Sequence record: JX128259
Length of the DNA: 64,000 nt
DNA from: Escherichia phage ECML-134
Reading direction: 5' to 3' (one strand)
Every line of letters begins with the position of its first letter. Position 1 is the first letter of the stretch. The notes under the pieces were generated by a model. The model worked only from the letters and a program-made list of their open reading frames with translations. It made no database searches and was not told the origin of the DNA. Both the position numbers and the translations under genes were made by a program. Shown piece by piece: positions 30,827 to 42,722 of this stretch.

Positions 30827-31176
30827 TTAGAAAGGTCCTGGATGTCTTCTGCGAACTTGTTGAAGGAGTTGTTGATTTGTTTTTCAACCAATCCTGGCTT
30901 ATGAGCCACCACATCCGCCTTCTTTGCGTCTTTGCGCAGCTTTTCATTTTCACGCTCAATAGCAGCAATTGCCTCACGATTTTTATTATTCATCGCATCA
31001 ATATAATTATACTGAATTCGCAAATTATTTAATGCTAAAGCGTTTTCATTGGCTGTTTTTGTAATTTCAGTAACTGATGTTTCTAATCTTTCTACCTTAT
31101 TTTTTAAAATAATAGATGTTCCGCCCAATGCTATTACAATTAATAGCAAACCTGCTGTCGTATTACTTAATTGCAT
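30823..31176 (-). CDS. Inner-membrane i-spanin candidate (PseT.3-like)
   Basis: N-terminal TM helix LLLIVIALGGTSII followed by coiled-coil-like periplasmic domain; 117 aa. Confidence 0.7.
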   Translation of the reverse strand: MQLSNTTAGLLLIVIALGGTSIILKNKVERLETSVTEITKTANENALALNNLRIQYNYIDAMNNKNREAIAAIERENEKLRKDAKKADVVAHKPGLVEKQINNSFNKFAEDIQDLSK

Positions 31177-31673
31177 AAAGTTTTAATAACCTCTATAATA
31201 TCGTCTTGAGAAAGACCGTTAATTAAAATATGATGTTCAGCCGGAGATTTAGAAATTTTAAAGCATGCCTCAACATCTTCTGCCATATCCGATGCGCTAC
31301 GATTTGGATTACTAATTCCAAGACGATGTTTTCCCGTCAAAGGATTAACGATGATGTAGCATTTGCAGCTATTGATATGAACATTGGGTTGAGTCTGATT
31401 AATGAACACTTCACAATCATACTTAGCGAGTTGATTTTCTAAAAAGATTTTCATCTCTTCAACCGCATCAGGAAGCATATCACGGGCTTGCTCAAGACGA
31501 CGATTTCGATATTCTTTAATGGTCGTTTTCCGCTTGACTTGCTTAGCTAAATCTTTCTTAAGATCGGTGATATATCCAACTCGACGATTTCCTTTAAATA
31601 CAGAAATCCCATCCGTAGTATCACCGTATGCTTCAACGACCATTTCAGTAGTAATAAGCTGCAAATCCATCAT
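31167..31673 (-). CDS. alc: Alc, inhibitor of host transcription on cytosine-containing DNA
   Basis: 168-aa ORF at the T4 alc position with its own early promoter. Confidence 0.8.
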   Translation of the reverse strand: MMDLQLITTEMVVEAYGDTTDGISVFKGNRRVGYITDLKKDLAKQVKRKTTIKEYRNRRLEQARDMLPDAVEEMKIFLENQLAKYDCEVFINQTQPNVHINSCKCYIIVNPLTGKHRLGISNPNRSASDMAEDVEACFKISKSPAEHHILINGLSQDDIIEVIKTLCN

Positions 31674-31701
31674 AAAGTCCTCATGTTATGTCAGTAAGAC
31701 T

Positions 31702-31731
31702 ACTATAACACAACACGAGGGACTTGTAAAC
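31702..31731 (-). promoter_or_regulatory. Early promoter TTTACA-N17-TATAGT (alc)
   Basis: Near-identical copy of the 17929-17958 promoter module, upstream of alc. Confidence 0.7.
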
Positions 31732-31734
31732 AGC

Positions 31735-33322
<1,588 letters not shown>

Positions 33323-33349
33323 AATAAAATGGGCCTTGCGGCCCACTCC

Positions 33350-34528
33350 TTAAAAGTATTTTTTAAAACTCATCATAACTTTATCATCAACATCATTATC
33401 AATCTGTGCTACAAGGTAAGATGACAGTTCTACTTCTTGCGGCGCGGATTGAACATTATCAGAATTAAGGTATTCACGAATCCAAGGATATGGATGTTTA
33501 ACCGGAGCATCGGTAATTGGGCATGGAAGACCACACTGTTTCATACGAGATACAGTTAAGTAATCAATAAAGCTCCACATGCTATTTGTATTTAATCCAG
33601 GAACATCGCCATCTTTAAATAAATGAACTGCCCAATCTTTTTCTTGGCGGTTAACTTCCATGAAAATATCAACTGCTTCTTGTTCACACTCTTGAGCAAT
33701 TTTAACCCATTCATCGCCATCAGTGCCAAGTTGAAGTTGACGAATAATATATTGAGTGCCTTTAAGGTGAAGCTGCTCATCACGTGCAATAAACTTCATA
33801 ATCTTGGCATTACCTTCCATGATTTCCATGTTCTTATGGAAGTTAAAGGTACATGCAAAAGATACATAAAAACGAATAGCTTCTAAGGCATTAATAACGT
33901 GTAAACAGAGGTAAAGAGACTTCATTAAAGCGCGTTTAGCTTCGGCTTCTTGCTTAATAGCTCGGTTTAAACGAAAGTCGGCATCAGGAGATTCTTTAGC
34001 TAGTTCTACAAATTCTTTAGCATTTTCCCATTCACGGGTTTTAATCAGAACATCATCATAATAGCGACCGATAGATTCAGCACGTTTCATGATAGCTTCA
34101 TCTAATACAATCTCATCAAATACCTTTGACGGATCAGTATAAAGATTTCGCATGATATGAGTATATGAACGACTGTGAATAGTTTCACTAAAAGTCCATG
34201 TAGCAACCCATGTATCAAGGCTTGGGTCTGAAATTAATGACATAAGTACAGCAGACGGCGCACGGCCCTGAATGCTATCCAAAAGTGATTGATACTTCAG
34301 GTTGTTAGTAAAAATATTTTGCTGATACTGAGGAAGCTTATTAAACTGTGCAGCATCCATCATTAAGTTTACTTCTTCCGGGCGCCAGAAAAATGACAAT
34401 TGCTTTTCGGTCAAATCTTCAAAAACTTTATGGCGTTGAATATCATAACGCGCAATACCAAGACCTGAACCAAAAAACATAGGTTCTTTTAAAACATCAA
34501 CTGGATTTGTGTTAAAAATTGTGCTCAT
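33350..34528 (-). CDS. nrdB: Ribonucleotide reductase class Ia beta subunit, uninterrupted
   Basis: 392-aa continuous ORF with iron-centre motifs (EAIHS-like ETIHSRSY, tyrosyl-radical region); no intron. Confidence 0.92.
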   Translation of the reverse strand: MSTIFNTNPVDVLKEPMFFGSGLGIARYDIQRHKVFEDLTEKQLSFFWRPEEVNLMMDAAQFNKLPQYQQNIFTNNLKYQSLLDSIQGRAPSAVLMSLISDPSLDTWVATWTFSETIHSRSYTHIMRNLYTDPSKVFDEIVLDEAIMKRAESIGRYYDDVLIKTREWENAKEFVELAKESPDADFRLNRAIKQEAEAKRALMKSLYLCLHVINALEAIRFYVSFACTFNFHKNMEIMEGNAKIMKFIARDEQLHLKGTQYIIRQLQLGTDGDEWVKIAQECEQEAVDIFMEVNRQEKDWAVHLFKDGDVPGLNTNSMWSFIDYLTVSRMKQCGLPCPITDAPVKHPYPWIREYLNSDNVQSAPQEVELSSYLVAQIDNDVDDKVMMSFKKYF

Positions 34529-34579
34529 AAATTTTCCGCTTAGTTAATAGTTGGTGACTCGTCCGTGAGTCAAATTATA

Positions 34580-36844
34580 TCATAATTTACAGGATGAACA
34601 ATCTTCAGCTTTTGGAGTTTCTATTTCATAATCATCAGTACCAGAACCATCACGGGTATTATGATAATAGAAATTTTTTCCGCCAAAATACCAGAAATAC
34701 AAAAGGTCATCAATCATTATTGACATTGGAACCTTTCCTTTTGGAAAAATCTGCGGGTCATAGTATGTATTCGCTGAAGCTGATTGACATACCCATTTCA
34801 GCATAATAGCTACTTGCGTAAGATAAGGTTTATTACCTTTCTTAGCTAATTTCCATGTATAATCATATAGGTCTATGTTATGCTCAATATTGGGCACGAC
34901 TTGATTAAAGGAGCCCTCTTTTGATTCTTTAACAGAGACTGGTCCACGTGGAGGCTCGATACCGTTTGTACTGTTAGAAACTTGGGAAGATGACTCACAT
35001 GGCATAAGTGCTGATAATGTGCTATTACGGATGCCAAAGAGCTTAAGGTCTTCCCGCAGCGACGACCAGTCACAAACGTATTTTGGAGCTGCGATTTGGT
35101 CAATCTTTTTATTGTACCAGTCGATAGGTAATTCGCCTCGAGACCAACGAGTGTCTGAATAATATTCGCAAGGTCCTTTTTCTTTGGCGAGATTAATGGA
35201 TGCTTTAATGAGTCCATACTGTAATCTCTCAAATAGTTCATGTGTTAAATCGTTAGCATCTTCATAAGAAGCAAAGTTACTTGCCAGCCAAGCTGCATAG
35301 TTGGTAACACCTACACCAAGGTTACGACGCTTTTTAGCTTTTTCTGCTTCAGGAACTGGATATCCTTGGTAATCCAAAAGATTATCAAGAGCACGAACTT
35401 GAACTTCTGCCAATTCATTAATTTTATCTTGGTCTTGCCAATCAAAATTATCTAGTACGAATGCAGAGAGAGTACACAATCCAATTTCAGCATCAGGACT
35501 ATTCACATCATTTGTTGGAATAGCAATTTCACAGCACAAGTTACTCTGACGAATAGGTGCCTTTTCACGAATAAACGGAGTATAGTTATTCGTATTATCA
35601 ATGAACTGTACATAAATCCTTGCTGTTCCTGAACGTTCAGTCATGAGCAATTCAAATAGTTCACGGGCTTTAATACGCTTTTTACGAATATTAGGATCTT
35701 TTTCTGCTGCTTCGTATAATTCACGGAAACGGTCTTGGTCTTTAAAATAAGAATAATAAAGCTCGCCACCCATTTCATGCGGACTGAACAAAGTAATGTA
35801 ATCGTTCTTTCCAAAACGTTCCATCATCAAATCATTCAGCTGAACACCATAATCCATATGACGAATGCGGTTTTCTTCTACGCCTTTGTTATTTTTCAAA
35901 ACGAGAAGATTTTCAACTTCCAAATGCCAAATAGGATAATAAGCAGTAGCAGCGCCGCCACGAATTCCACCCTGTGAACATGATTTAACTGCAGTCTGAA
36001 AATGTTTCCAAAAAGGAATAACACCAGTATGACGTACTTCACCCATGCCAATCTTAGAACCTTCAGCACGAATCATACCAACGTTAATACCAATTCCAGC
36101 GCGTTTAGAGATATATTCAACAATTGAAGCGGAAGCCTTATTGATAGACTTCAGCGAATCACCTGCCTCAATAACAACGCATGAACTGAACTGTCGAGTC
36201 GGAGTACGACAACCAGCCATAATAGGAGTTGGCAATGAAATCTGTCGAGTAGATACTGCTTCATAAAAACGAATAACATGTTTTAATCTATCAACAGGTT
36301 CATCTTGATGCAATGCCATTCCAATAGTCATAAATGCAAACTGTGGAGTTTCATAAATTTGACCAGTGGTTTTATCTTTAACTAAATATTTTTCTTTTAA
36401 TTGCATCGCCCCGGAATAAGTAAATTCCATATCCCGTTCGTGCTTAATTTTTGATTCTAAAAATGTAATTTCTTCTGCTGAATATTTTGACAACAATTCA
36501 GGGTCATATTTACCTGCATTTACACAATAAGAAATATGGTCAATAAATGAACGTGGTTCATACTGCCCATAAACATGCTTACGAAGAGCGAACATTAAAC
36601 AGCGTGCAGCTACATATTGATAATCAGGCTCTTCAACCGAAATAGAATTCGCAGCGGCCTTAATGACAATAGTCTGAATATCATCAGTTGTCATTCCATC
36701 ACGGAGATATGATTTAATATTTTCATATAATTCATAAGGATCTACTGATGTTCCCTCAGCTGCCCAAGATAAAACTTTAATAATTTTTTGCGGGTCAAAG
36801 CTCTGAGAAACACCACTACTTTTGATAACATTAATTAATTGCAT
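34580..36844 (-). CDS. nrdA: Ribonucleotide reductase class Ia alpha subunit
   Basis: 754 aa; ATP-cone N-terminus, active-site NLCCEI and C-terminal redox cysteines CSSCKL. Confidence 0.95.
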   Translation of the reverse strand: MQLINVIKSSGVSQSFDPQKIIKVLSWAAEGTSVDPYELYENIKSYLRDGMTTDDIQTIVIKAAANSISVEEPDYQYVAARCLMFALRKHVYGQYEPRSFIDHISYCVNAGKYDPELLSKYSAEEITFLESKIKHERDMEFTYSGAMQLKEKYLVKDKTTGQIYETPQFAFMTIGMALHQDEPVDRLKHVIRFYEAVSTRQISLPTPIMAGCRTPTRQFSSCVVIEAGDSLKSINKASASIVEYISKRAGIGINVGMIRAEGSKIGMGEVRHTGVIPFWKHFQTAVKSCSQGGIRGGAATAYYPIWHLEVENLLVLKNNKGVEENRIRHMDYGVQLNDLMMERFGKNDYITLFSPHEMGGELYYSYFKDQDRFRELYEAAEKDPNIRKKRIKARELFELLMTERSGTARIYVQFIDNTNNYTPFIREKAPIRQSNLCCEIAIPTNDVNSPDAEIGLCTLSAFVLDNFDWQDQDKINELAEVQVRALDNLLDYQGYPVPEAEKAKKRRNLGVGVTNYAAWLASNFASYEDANDLTHELFERLQYGLIKASINLAKEKGPCEYYSDTRWSRGELPIDWYNKKIDQIAAPKYVCDWSSLREDLKLFGIRNSTLSALMPCESSSQVSNSTNGIEPPRGPVSVKESKEGSFNQVVPNIEHNIDLYDYTWKLAKKGNKPYLTQVAIMLKWVCQSASANTYYDPQIFPKGKVPMSIMIDDLLYFWYFGGKNFYYHNTRDGSGTDDYEIETPKAEDCSSCKL

Positions 36845-37161
36845 AAGTCCTCAACTTGAAAATCGTCTTTAAACAGTCGGTTAACTATATGAGCTATTAT
36901 ATCACCATGACACGGATTTGGTTTACATGTGCATCCTAGCCTCATTCCACGTAAAGGCTCTAAATGTGCTTTAGTTATTTCTCCGGATTTAATTCGACGT
37001 ATAAAATCTTTTTTGAATAATTCAATGGCAGCCGGGAGGCTGCCAGCATCTTTACCGACGTAATTTCCCCAAAATGTACCACGGTGAATATTAACATCAA
37101 AGTCGGATTTATATTTATTCACTACCTGGCATAGACGGCCCGCGCGGTGATAATTCGTCAT
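36835..37161 (-). CDS. Hypothetical protein (nrdA.1-like)
   Basis: 108-aa ORF. Confidence 0.6.
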   Translation of the reverse strand: MTNYHRAGRLCQVVNKYKSDFDVNIHRGTFWGNYVGKDAGSLPAAIELFKKDFIRRIKSGEITKAHLEPLRGMRLGCTCKPNPCHGDIIAHIVNRLFKDDFQVEDLCN

Positions 37162-37390
37162 ATTGTTTTTCCGTTAAAACAGTAATATCATAGTAACAAT
37201 CAGAAGAAGTTTTAACTGTAGAAATTTTATTATCAAAATACTCACGAGTCATTTTATGAGTATAATATTTTTTGCCATAAATGATAATAGGCTGATTTGG
37301 TCCTGGAACTTCTAGCTCACTTGGATTAGGAAGTGTAAAAAGAACTACACCAGAAGTATCTTTAAATCGTAAAATCATATATCCTCGCAA
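37115..37390 (-). CDS. Hypothetical protein (nrdA.2-like)
   Basis: 91-aa ORF. Confidence 0.55.
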   Translation of the reverse strand: MRGYMILRFKDTSGVVLFTLPNPSELEVPGPNQPIIIYGKKYYTHKMTREYFDNKISTVKTSSDCYYDITVLTEKQYDELSPRGPSMPGSE

Positions 37391-37401
37391 TTAAATTGAA
37401 A

Positions 37402-37713
37402 TTACACCGCCATCTTTCCTTTAATTGGCGGGTGAGATACATAGTTGTTAAGAACAAAATTATGCGGCTTTGCGAATTGACTCAACCAAAATACCTGCGA
37501 TTCTGTGTTCCATTCATCAAATTCATCTGGAAATTTTAATTGTAATTCGCATAAATCCATAGGTTCACGACGCAAAATTTCTTTACATTGTTCTACGTGA
37601 TTCATATAGATATGAGTATTACCGCCAGAAAATATCAAATCTCCAGGAATAAGATTACACATCTTAGCTACAATATGAACTAACGCAGCATATGATGCAA
37701 TATTAAACGGTAG
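37402..37713 (-). CDS. td: Thymidylate synthase, exon 2
   Basis: Continues exon 1 in frame after intron removal: ...DVFLG|LPFNIASYAALVH...; exons total 286 aa. Confidence 0.92.
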   Translation of the reverse strand, partial: LPFNIASYAALVHIVAKMCNLIPGDLIFSGGNTHIYMNHVEQCKEILRREPMDLCELQLKFPDEFDEWNTESQVFWLSQFAKPHNFVLNNYVSHPPIKGKMAV

Positions 37714-38729
37714 CATTATGTTCAGATAAGGTCGTTAATCTTACCCCGGAATTATATCCAGCTGCATGTCACCATGCAGAGCAGACTATATCTCCAACTT
37801 GTTAAAGCAAGTTGTCTATCGTTTCGAGTCACTTGACCCTACTCCCCAAAGGGATAGTCGTTAGGCATTTATGTAGAACCAATTCCATTTATCAGATTTT
37901 ACACGATAAGTAACTAATCCAGACGAAATTTTAAAATGTCTAGCTGCATCTGCTGCACATTCAAAAATAACCCCATCACATGAAATCTTTTTAATATTAC
38001 TAGGCTTTTTACCTTTCATCTTTTCTGATATTTTAGATTTAGTTATGTCTGAATGCTTATGATTAAAGAATGAATTATTTTCACCTGAACGATTTCTGCA
38101 TTTACTACAAGTATAAGCAGAAGTTTGTATGCGAACACCACACTTACAAAACTTATGGGTTTCTGGATTCCAACGCCCATTTTCACTTCCATATTTACCA
38201 TAAAGAGCTTTTCGGCCTTTTACGCCGAGTTTAAGCATATTTACTTTAACAGTTTCAGAGCGTTTCTTGATAATTTCTTCTTTTAATGGATGTGTAGAAC
38301 ATGTATCACCAAACGTTGCATCAGCAATATTGTATCCATTAATTTTAGAATTAAGCTCTTTAATCCAAAAATTTTCTCGTTCAATAATCAAATCTTTCTC
38401 ATATGGAATTTCTTCCAAAATAGAACATTCAAACACATTACCATGTTTGTTAAAAGACCTCTGAAGTTTTATAGAAGAATGGCATCCTTTTTCTAAATCT
38501 TTAAAATGCCTCTTCCATCTCTTTTCAAAATCTTTAGCACTTCCTACATATACTTTATTGTTTAAAGTATTTTTAATCTGATAAATTCCACTTTTCATAA
38601 ATACCTCTTTAAATATAGAAGTATTTATTAAAGGGCAGTCCTACAATTTAGCACGGGATTGTCTACTAGAGAGGTTCCCCGTTTAGATAGATTACAAGTA
38701 TAAGTCACCTTATACTCAGGCCTCAATTA
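37714..38729 (-). ncRNA. Self-splicing group I intron in td, 1016 nt
   Basis: Intron 5-prime end reads TAATTGAGGCCTGAGTATAAGGTGACTTATAC..., recalled td intron sequence; 3-prime terminal G at 37714; length 1016 as recalled for the T4 td intron. Confidence 0.92.
37861..38598 (-). CDS. I-TevI: Intron-encoded GIY-YIG homing endonuclease I-TevI
   Basis: 245 aa; GIYQIKNTLNNKVYVGSA GIY-YIG motif; zinc finger CKCGVRIQTSAYTCSKC; lies inside the td intron. Confidence 0.95.
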   Translation of the reverse strand: MKSGIYQIKNTLNNKVYVGSAKDFEKRWKRHFKDLEKGCHSSIKLQRSFNKHGNVFECSILEEIPYEKDLIIERENFWIKELNSKINGYNIADATFGDTCSTHPLKEEIIKKRSETVKVNMLKLGVKGRKALYGKYGSENGRWNPETHKFCKCGVRIQTSAYTCSKCRNRSGENNSFFNHKHSDITKSKISEKMKGKKPSNIKKISCDGVIFECAADAARHFKISSGLVTYRVKSDKWNWFYINA

Positions 38730-39278
38730 ACCCAAGAAAACATCTACTGAGCGTTGATACCATTGAAGGTCAAGGTATCCATTACGCACATTAAACTGAT
38801 AGAACATATGACAAGGCGGTAATGCCATATATTTAAGTTCAGCTGGATTCCATGCAGAAACAATTTGACGCCTATCATTTGGCAATTTTTTAATACGATC
38901 AACAACTTCTATAATTTGGTCTACACCGCCAAAATCGCGCCATTGTTTTCCATAAATTGGACCAAGTTCACCGCTATGGTATCCTAAATCTTTTGCTTGA
39001 TTTTCGTAATTTTCATCCCAGACTGTTTTGCCTTGAATTAATGAATCATGTTGAATTAATCGTAAATCATTGACATTTGTGCTTCCCGATAAAAACCATA
39101 TTAGCTCAGCAATGCAAGCTTTCCAGGCGAGCTTCTTAGTTGTTACTGCAGGAAAACCTTTAGTTAAATCCCAGCGTAATTTAGTACCGAACAAAGCAAT
39201 TGTTCCTGTGCCCGTTCTGTCATCGGTTTCATAGCCATTTTCAAAAATGTCTTTAATTAAATCTTGGTATTGTTTCAT
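38730..39278 (-). CDS. td: Thymidylate synthase, exon 1
   Basis: 183 codons ending ...DVFLG immediately before the intron 5-prime TAA; active-site region ALPPCH. Confidence 0.93.
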
Positions 39279-39323
39279 TTAGTACCTTATATAAATTATA
39301 ATACATTTTATGAAGCTAAATAA

Positions 39324-39671
39324 TCAATACGGTTTAGCATCAAATTTTCTCTCAATTTCAGGCGTGAAATATAATTCTTTACCGCGTTTGGAAAAGCGAC
39401 CAATAATATGATAATTATTCTCATCAAACGTAATATTACCAATATCCATAGCTTTCAACCAAATATCGATATTTCTATCCAGCTTTATGTCAAAATTCCA
39501 ATACGGAGAACTATTACCGAAAATACTGCAAGCAGATTCAGTGAAACAACTGCTATAAATCTTGTCTTTAGGAACTACTAATTGATAGACACCTTTAATA
39601 AACTGAGGACCCTGCCATTTAGGTTGTTTCACGTCTTTTTCTAATAGAATAGGGTAATAATTAAAATTCAT
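39324..39671 (-). CDS. Hypothetical protein encoded between frd and td (about 115 aa from the ATG; the ORF track extends to a GTG at 39683)
   Basis: Uninterrupted ORF filling a 413-bp gap between frd stop and td start. Confidence 0.55.
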   Translation of the reverse strand: MNFNYYPILLEKDVKQPKWQGPQFIKGVYQLVVPKDKIYSSCFTESACSIFGNSSPYWNFDIKLDRNIDIWLKAMDIGNITFDENNYHIIGRFSKRGKELYFTPEIERKFDAKPY

Positions 39672-39691
39672 ATTTTCCGCCACGCGTTATT

Positions 39692-40518
<827 letters not shown>

Positions 40519-40528
40519 ATTATTTTCC

Positions 40529-40771
40529 TCAGACAGACTTTTTCACAATTTTCCAATCAGCTTTAAACTGCTCGACGTCAGAATGGTAAATCCAGAATCC
40601 TGCGCTTTCTCCGTCTTCATAAAGAGGACATCCATCGCATTCATCTTCCCATCCCATATCACGTAAAAGATGTTCAGCTTTTTCAACAAGTTCAGAATCT
40701 TTACCGATGATATTAAAATACCATTTACCTCTAACTTCCGAATCTTTAATGCTCTGACGTTGTAATCTCAT
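40529..40771 (-). CDS. Hypothetical protein (frd.2-like)
   Basis: 80-aa ORF with GGAGAA RBS. Confidence 0.6.
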   Translation of the reverse strand: MRLQRQSIKDSEVRGKWYFNIIGKDSELVEKAEHLLRDMGWEDECDGCPLYEDGESAGFWIYHSDVEQFKADWKIVKKSV

Positions 40772-40880
40772 TTTATTCTCCTTAGCAAGCTTTAATCAAA
40801 AGATATAAACAAACCAACATAACTGCTGCCATAATATAAGGTGCGAACATTTTCTTTTCTCCATTAGTTTTGATAGGGTA

Positions 40881-40910
40881 ATAGTATCACACTACTACCC
40901 TGTTGTAAAC
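40881..40910 (-). promoter_or_regulatory. Early promoter TTTACA-N17-TACTAT
   Basis: GTTTACA ... TACTAT on the - strand with 17-nt spacer. Confidence 0.6.
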
Positions 40911-41353
40911 TACTTTTTGAAAGTTTTTCGCAAAAGTTCAATGATTTCATCTACATTGTTTTCATCTACAATGCAGTGAATTTTTGTTACACCAGAAACC
41001 TTGTCTTTAACTTCATCCTCTTCAGAAGTCGGTTCTTTATATTCGCGGAAACAATAAAACTCTTCTTCACTAAGTTCAAAATAATCATCACCCATACCAT
41101 CATCATTATAGATTTCACCATTAGCACAAATGATTTCGGTTACATAATCAAATCCATCTAAACTTGATATTGATTTAACTTCAAACCAACCACCATTTTC
41201 TTGAATGATGCCGACCATATTAGCATTTGATGAACTAATATCAATGAAAGATTTAATACGGTGTGGATTTAACTCGTATTTTTTGCCGATTTCCATTTTG
41301 ATTTTCCTCATTTTTAATAGGGGCTTAATAGCCCCTTGATAATTATTGTTCAA
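40910..41353 (-). CDS. Hypothetical protein (frd.3-like)
   Basis: 147-aa ORF. Confidence 0.6.
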   Translation of the reverse strand: MNNNYQGAIKPLLKMRKIKMEIGKKYELNPHRIKSFIDISSSNANMVGIIQENGGWFEVKSISSLDGFDYVTEIICANGEIYNDDGMGDDYFELSEEEFYCFREYKEPTSEEDEVKDKVSGVTKIHCIVDENNVDEIIELLRKTFKK

Positions 41354-41570
41354 TCAGTCCCATGTAAAATTCTGCGTCTTCAGCATCCATACCGTCGCAG
41401 TATTCATTAGCCATAAAGCGGGTGAGGTCTTCAAGAGGACCTTCAATAACGATTTGAATACTCCAAAACTTAGAATCTTGCACGCTTGTAATACTAAGTT
41501 CAGGATAACGATTACGAATAATCTCTTCAATATATTCAAAATCAACGATGTCAATATCAACTTTAGCCAT
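41343..41570 (-). CDS. Hypothetical protein; start placed at internal Met (MAKVDIDIV...) because an early promoter -10 lies inside the longer ORF
   Basis: Promoter at 41614-41643 and GAGGAAAATAAT-ATG RBS. Confidence 0.55.
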   Translation of the reverse strand: MAKVDIDIVDFEYIEEIIRNRYPELSITSVQDSKFWSIQIVIEGPLEDLTRFMANEYCDGMDAEDAEFYMGLIEQ

Positions 41571-41613
41571 ATTATTTTCCTCTTCAATTATTAGCAGTAT
41601 TGCTGATAGTTGT

Positions 41614-41643
41614 ATAGTACCATGGAAGGACAAGGATGTAAAC
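41614..41643 (-). promoter_or_regulatory. Early promoter TTTACA-N17-TACTAT with A/T-rich UP element
   Basis: GTTTACA ... tggTACTAT on the - strand; A/T-rich upstream tract 41644-41673. Confidence 0.65.
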
Positions 41644-41659
41644 AGTTTTGTGAAAAATT

Positions 41660-41693
41660 TTTAAAATAAAAAAGGGGACCTCTAGGGTCCCCA
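41660..41693 (-). terminator. Terminator downstream of gene 32
   Basis: GGGGACC-TCTAG-GGTCCCC with T-run on the - strand. Confidence 0.75.
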
Positions 41694-41714
41694 ATTAATT
41701 AGTAATATAATCTA

Positions 41715-42623
41715 TTAAAGGTCATTCAAAAGGTCATCCAGGTCCGTGTCATCAGCACTAGATGAACTGCCAGAGCTTGAGCTCATAAAATCATCTTCAG
41801 TTTTTGTATTGAAGTCATCAACATTGAATGCATCCAAATCATCAGCAACTTTATCAGCTTTCTTAGCAGCAGTCGCTGCGGCACCACCCATTGCAGCAGT
41901 TCCCATAACTTGACCGAATTTAGTGCTCAGTTCTTCAAATGATTTGAATTTATCTTTAGAAGTCATTTCAGAAAGGTCAACCATTTGTTCGAACAGTTCT
42001 TTCTGGAAAGATTCATCGTCAATGTTTGGAATCGCAGATTGATTCAGGAATTTAGATTCGTCGTAGTTACTAAAACCAGAAACTTGTTTAACTTTCAGTA
42101 CAAAGTTAGCACCTTCCCACGGACAAGTTACATCAACCGGAGTTTCACCCATTTCAACATCAACTGCAATCATTGCATTGATTTTATCCCAGATTTTCTT
42201 ACCGAAACGATATTTAAATACTTTACCTTCGTTTTCTGGAGCAGCTGGGTCTTTTACAACAAGAATGTTAGCCCAGTAAGAAGTTTTACGTTTAACAAGA
42301 CTGTACTCTTTATTGTCAGTGTTGTACAAATCATTTTTACTGATGTACTGACATACTGGACAAGAATCGTAATCACCGTAGGTAGATGAGCATGTTTCGA
42401 TATACCATTTACCATTTTTCTTGAAACCGTGATTTACAAGAAGTGCGAATGGTGCTTGTTCATCATTTTTAGACGGAAGAAAACGAATTACTGCTTGGCC
42501 GTTACCCGCATTGTCGAGTTTCAGTTTCCACTCGCCTTTATCTTCAGAAGAAAAACCACCTTTATTTCCAGCCAGTTTAGCCATTTGCGCAGCGAGTTCA
42601 GCAGTAGATTTACGTTTAAACAT
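41715..42623 (-). CDS. 32: gp32 single-stranded DNA-binding protein
   Basis: 302 aa; acidic Ser/Asp-rich C-terminal tail; zinc-binding Cys/His cluster; T4 length. Confidence 0.95.
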   Translation of the reverse strand: MFKRKSTAELAAQMAKLAGNKGGFSSEDKGEWKLKLDNAGNGQAVIRFLPSKNDEQAPFALLVNHGFKKNGKWYIETCSSTYGDYDSCPVCQYISKNDLYNTDNKEYSLVKRKTSYWANILVVKDPAAPENEGKVFKYRFGKKIWDKINAMIAVDVEMGETPVDVTCPWEGANFVLKVKQVSGFSNYDESKFLNQSAIPNIDDESFQKELFEQMVDLSEMTSKDKFKSFEELSTKFGQVMGTAAMGGAAATAAKKADKVADDLDAFNVDDFNTKTEDDFMSSSSGSSSSADDTDLDDLLNDL

Positions 42624-42700
42624 TTTTATTTCCTTTTTAATTTAATTAACAGTTGGTGCTATGACGATGTATGACCTCATAGCTGGTCAGTGAGATAATT
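42624..42700 (-). promoter_or_regulatory. Gene 32 5-prime leader / translational autoregulatory operator (A/U-rich unstructured region)
   Basis: Long A/T-rich leader TTAATTAAATTAAAAAGGAAATAAAAATG upstream of gene 32; gp32 autoregulation is established for T4. Confidence 0.6.
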
Positions 42701-42706
42701 ATAATC

Positions 42707-42714
42707 TATTTATA
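42707..42714 (-). promoter_or_regulatory. Late promoter TATAAATA (gene 32)
   Basis: Octamer on the - strand in the 59-32 intergenic region. Confidence 0.65.
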
Positions 42715-42722
42715 ATAAGCAA

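Noticed and set aside
38727-39278. td looks truncated at 183 aa (ORF ends at a TAA)
   Set aside because: The TAA is the first three nucleotides of the group I intron (TAATTGAGGCC...); the frame resumes at 37713 after the 1016-nt intron, giving a 286-aa thymidylate synthase.
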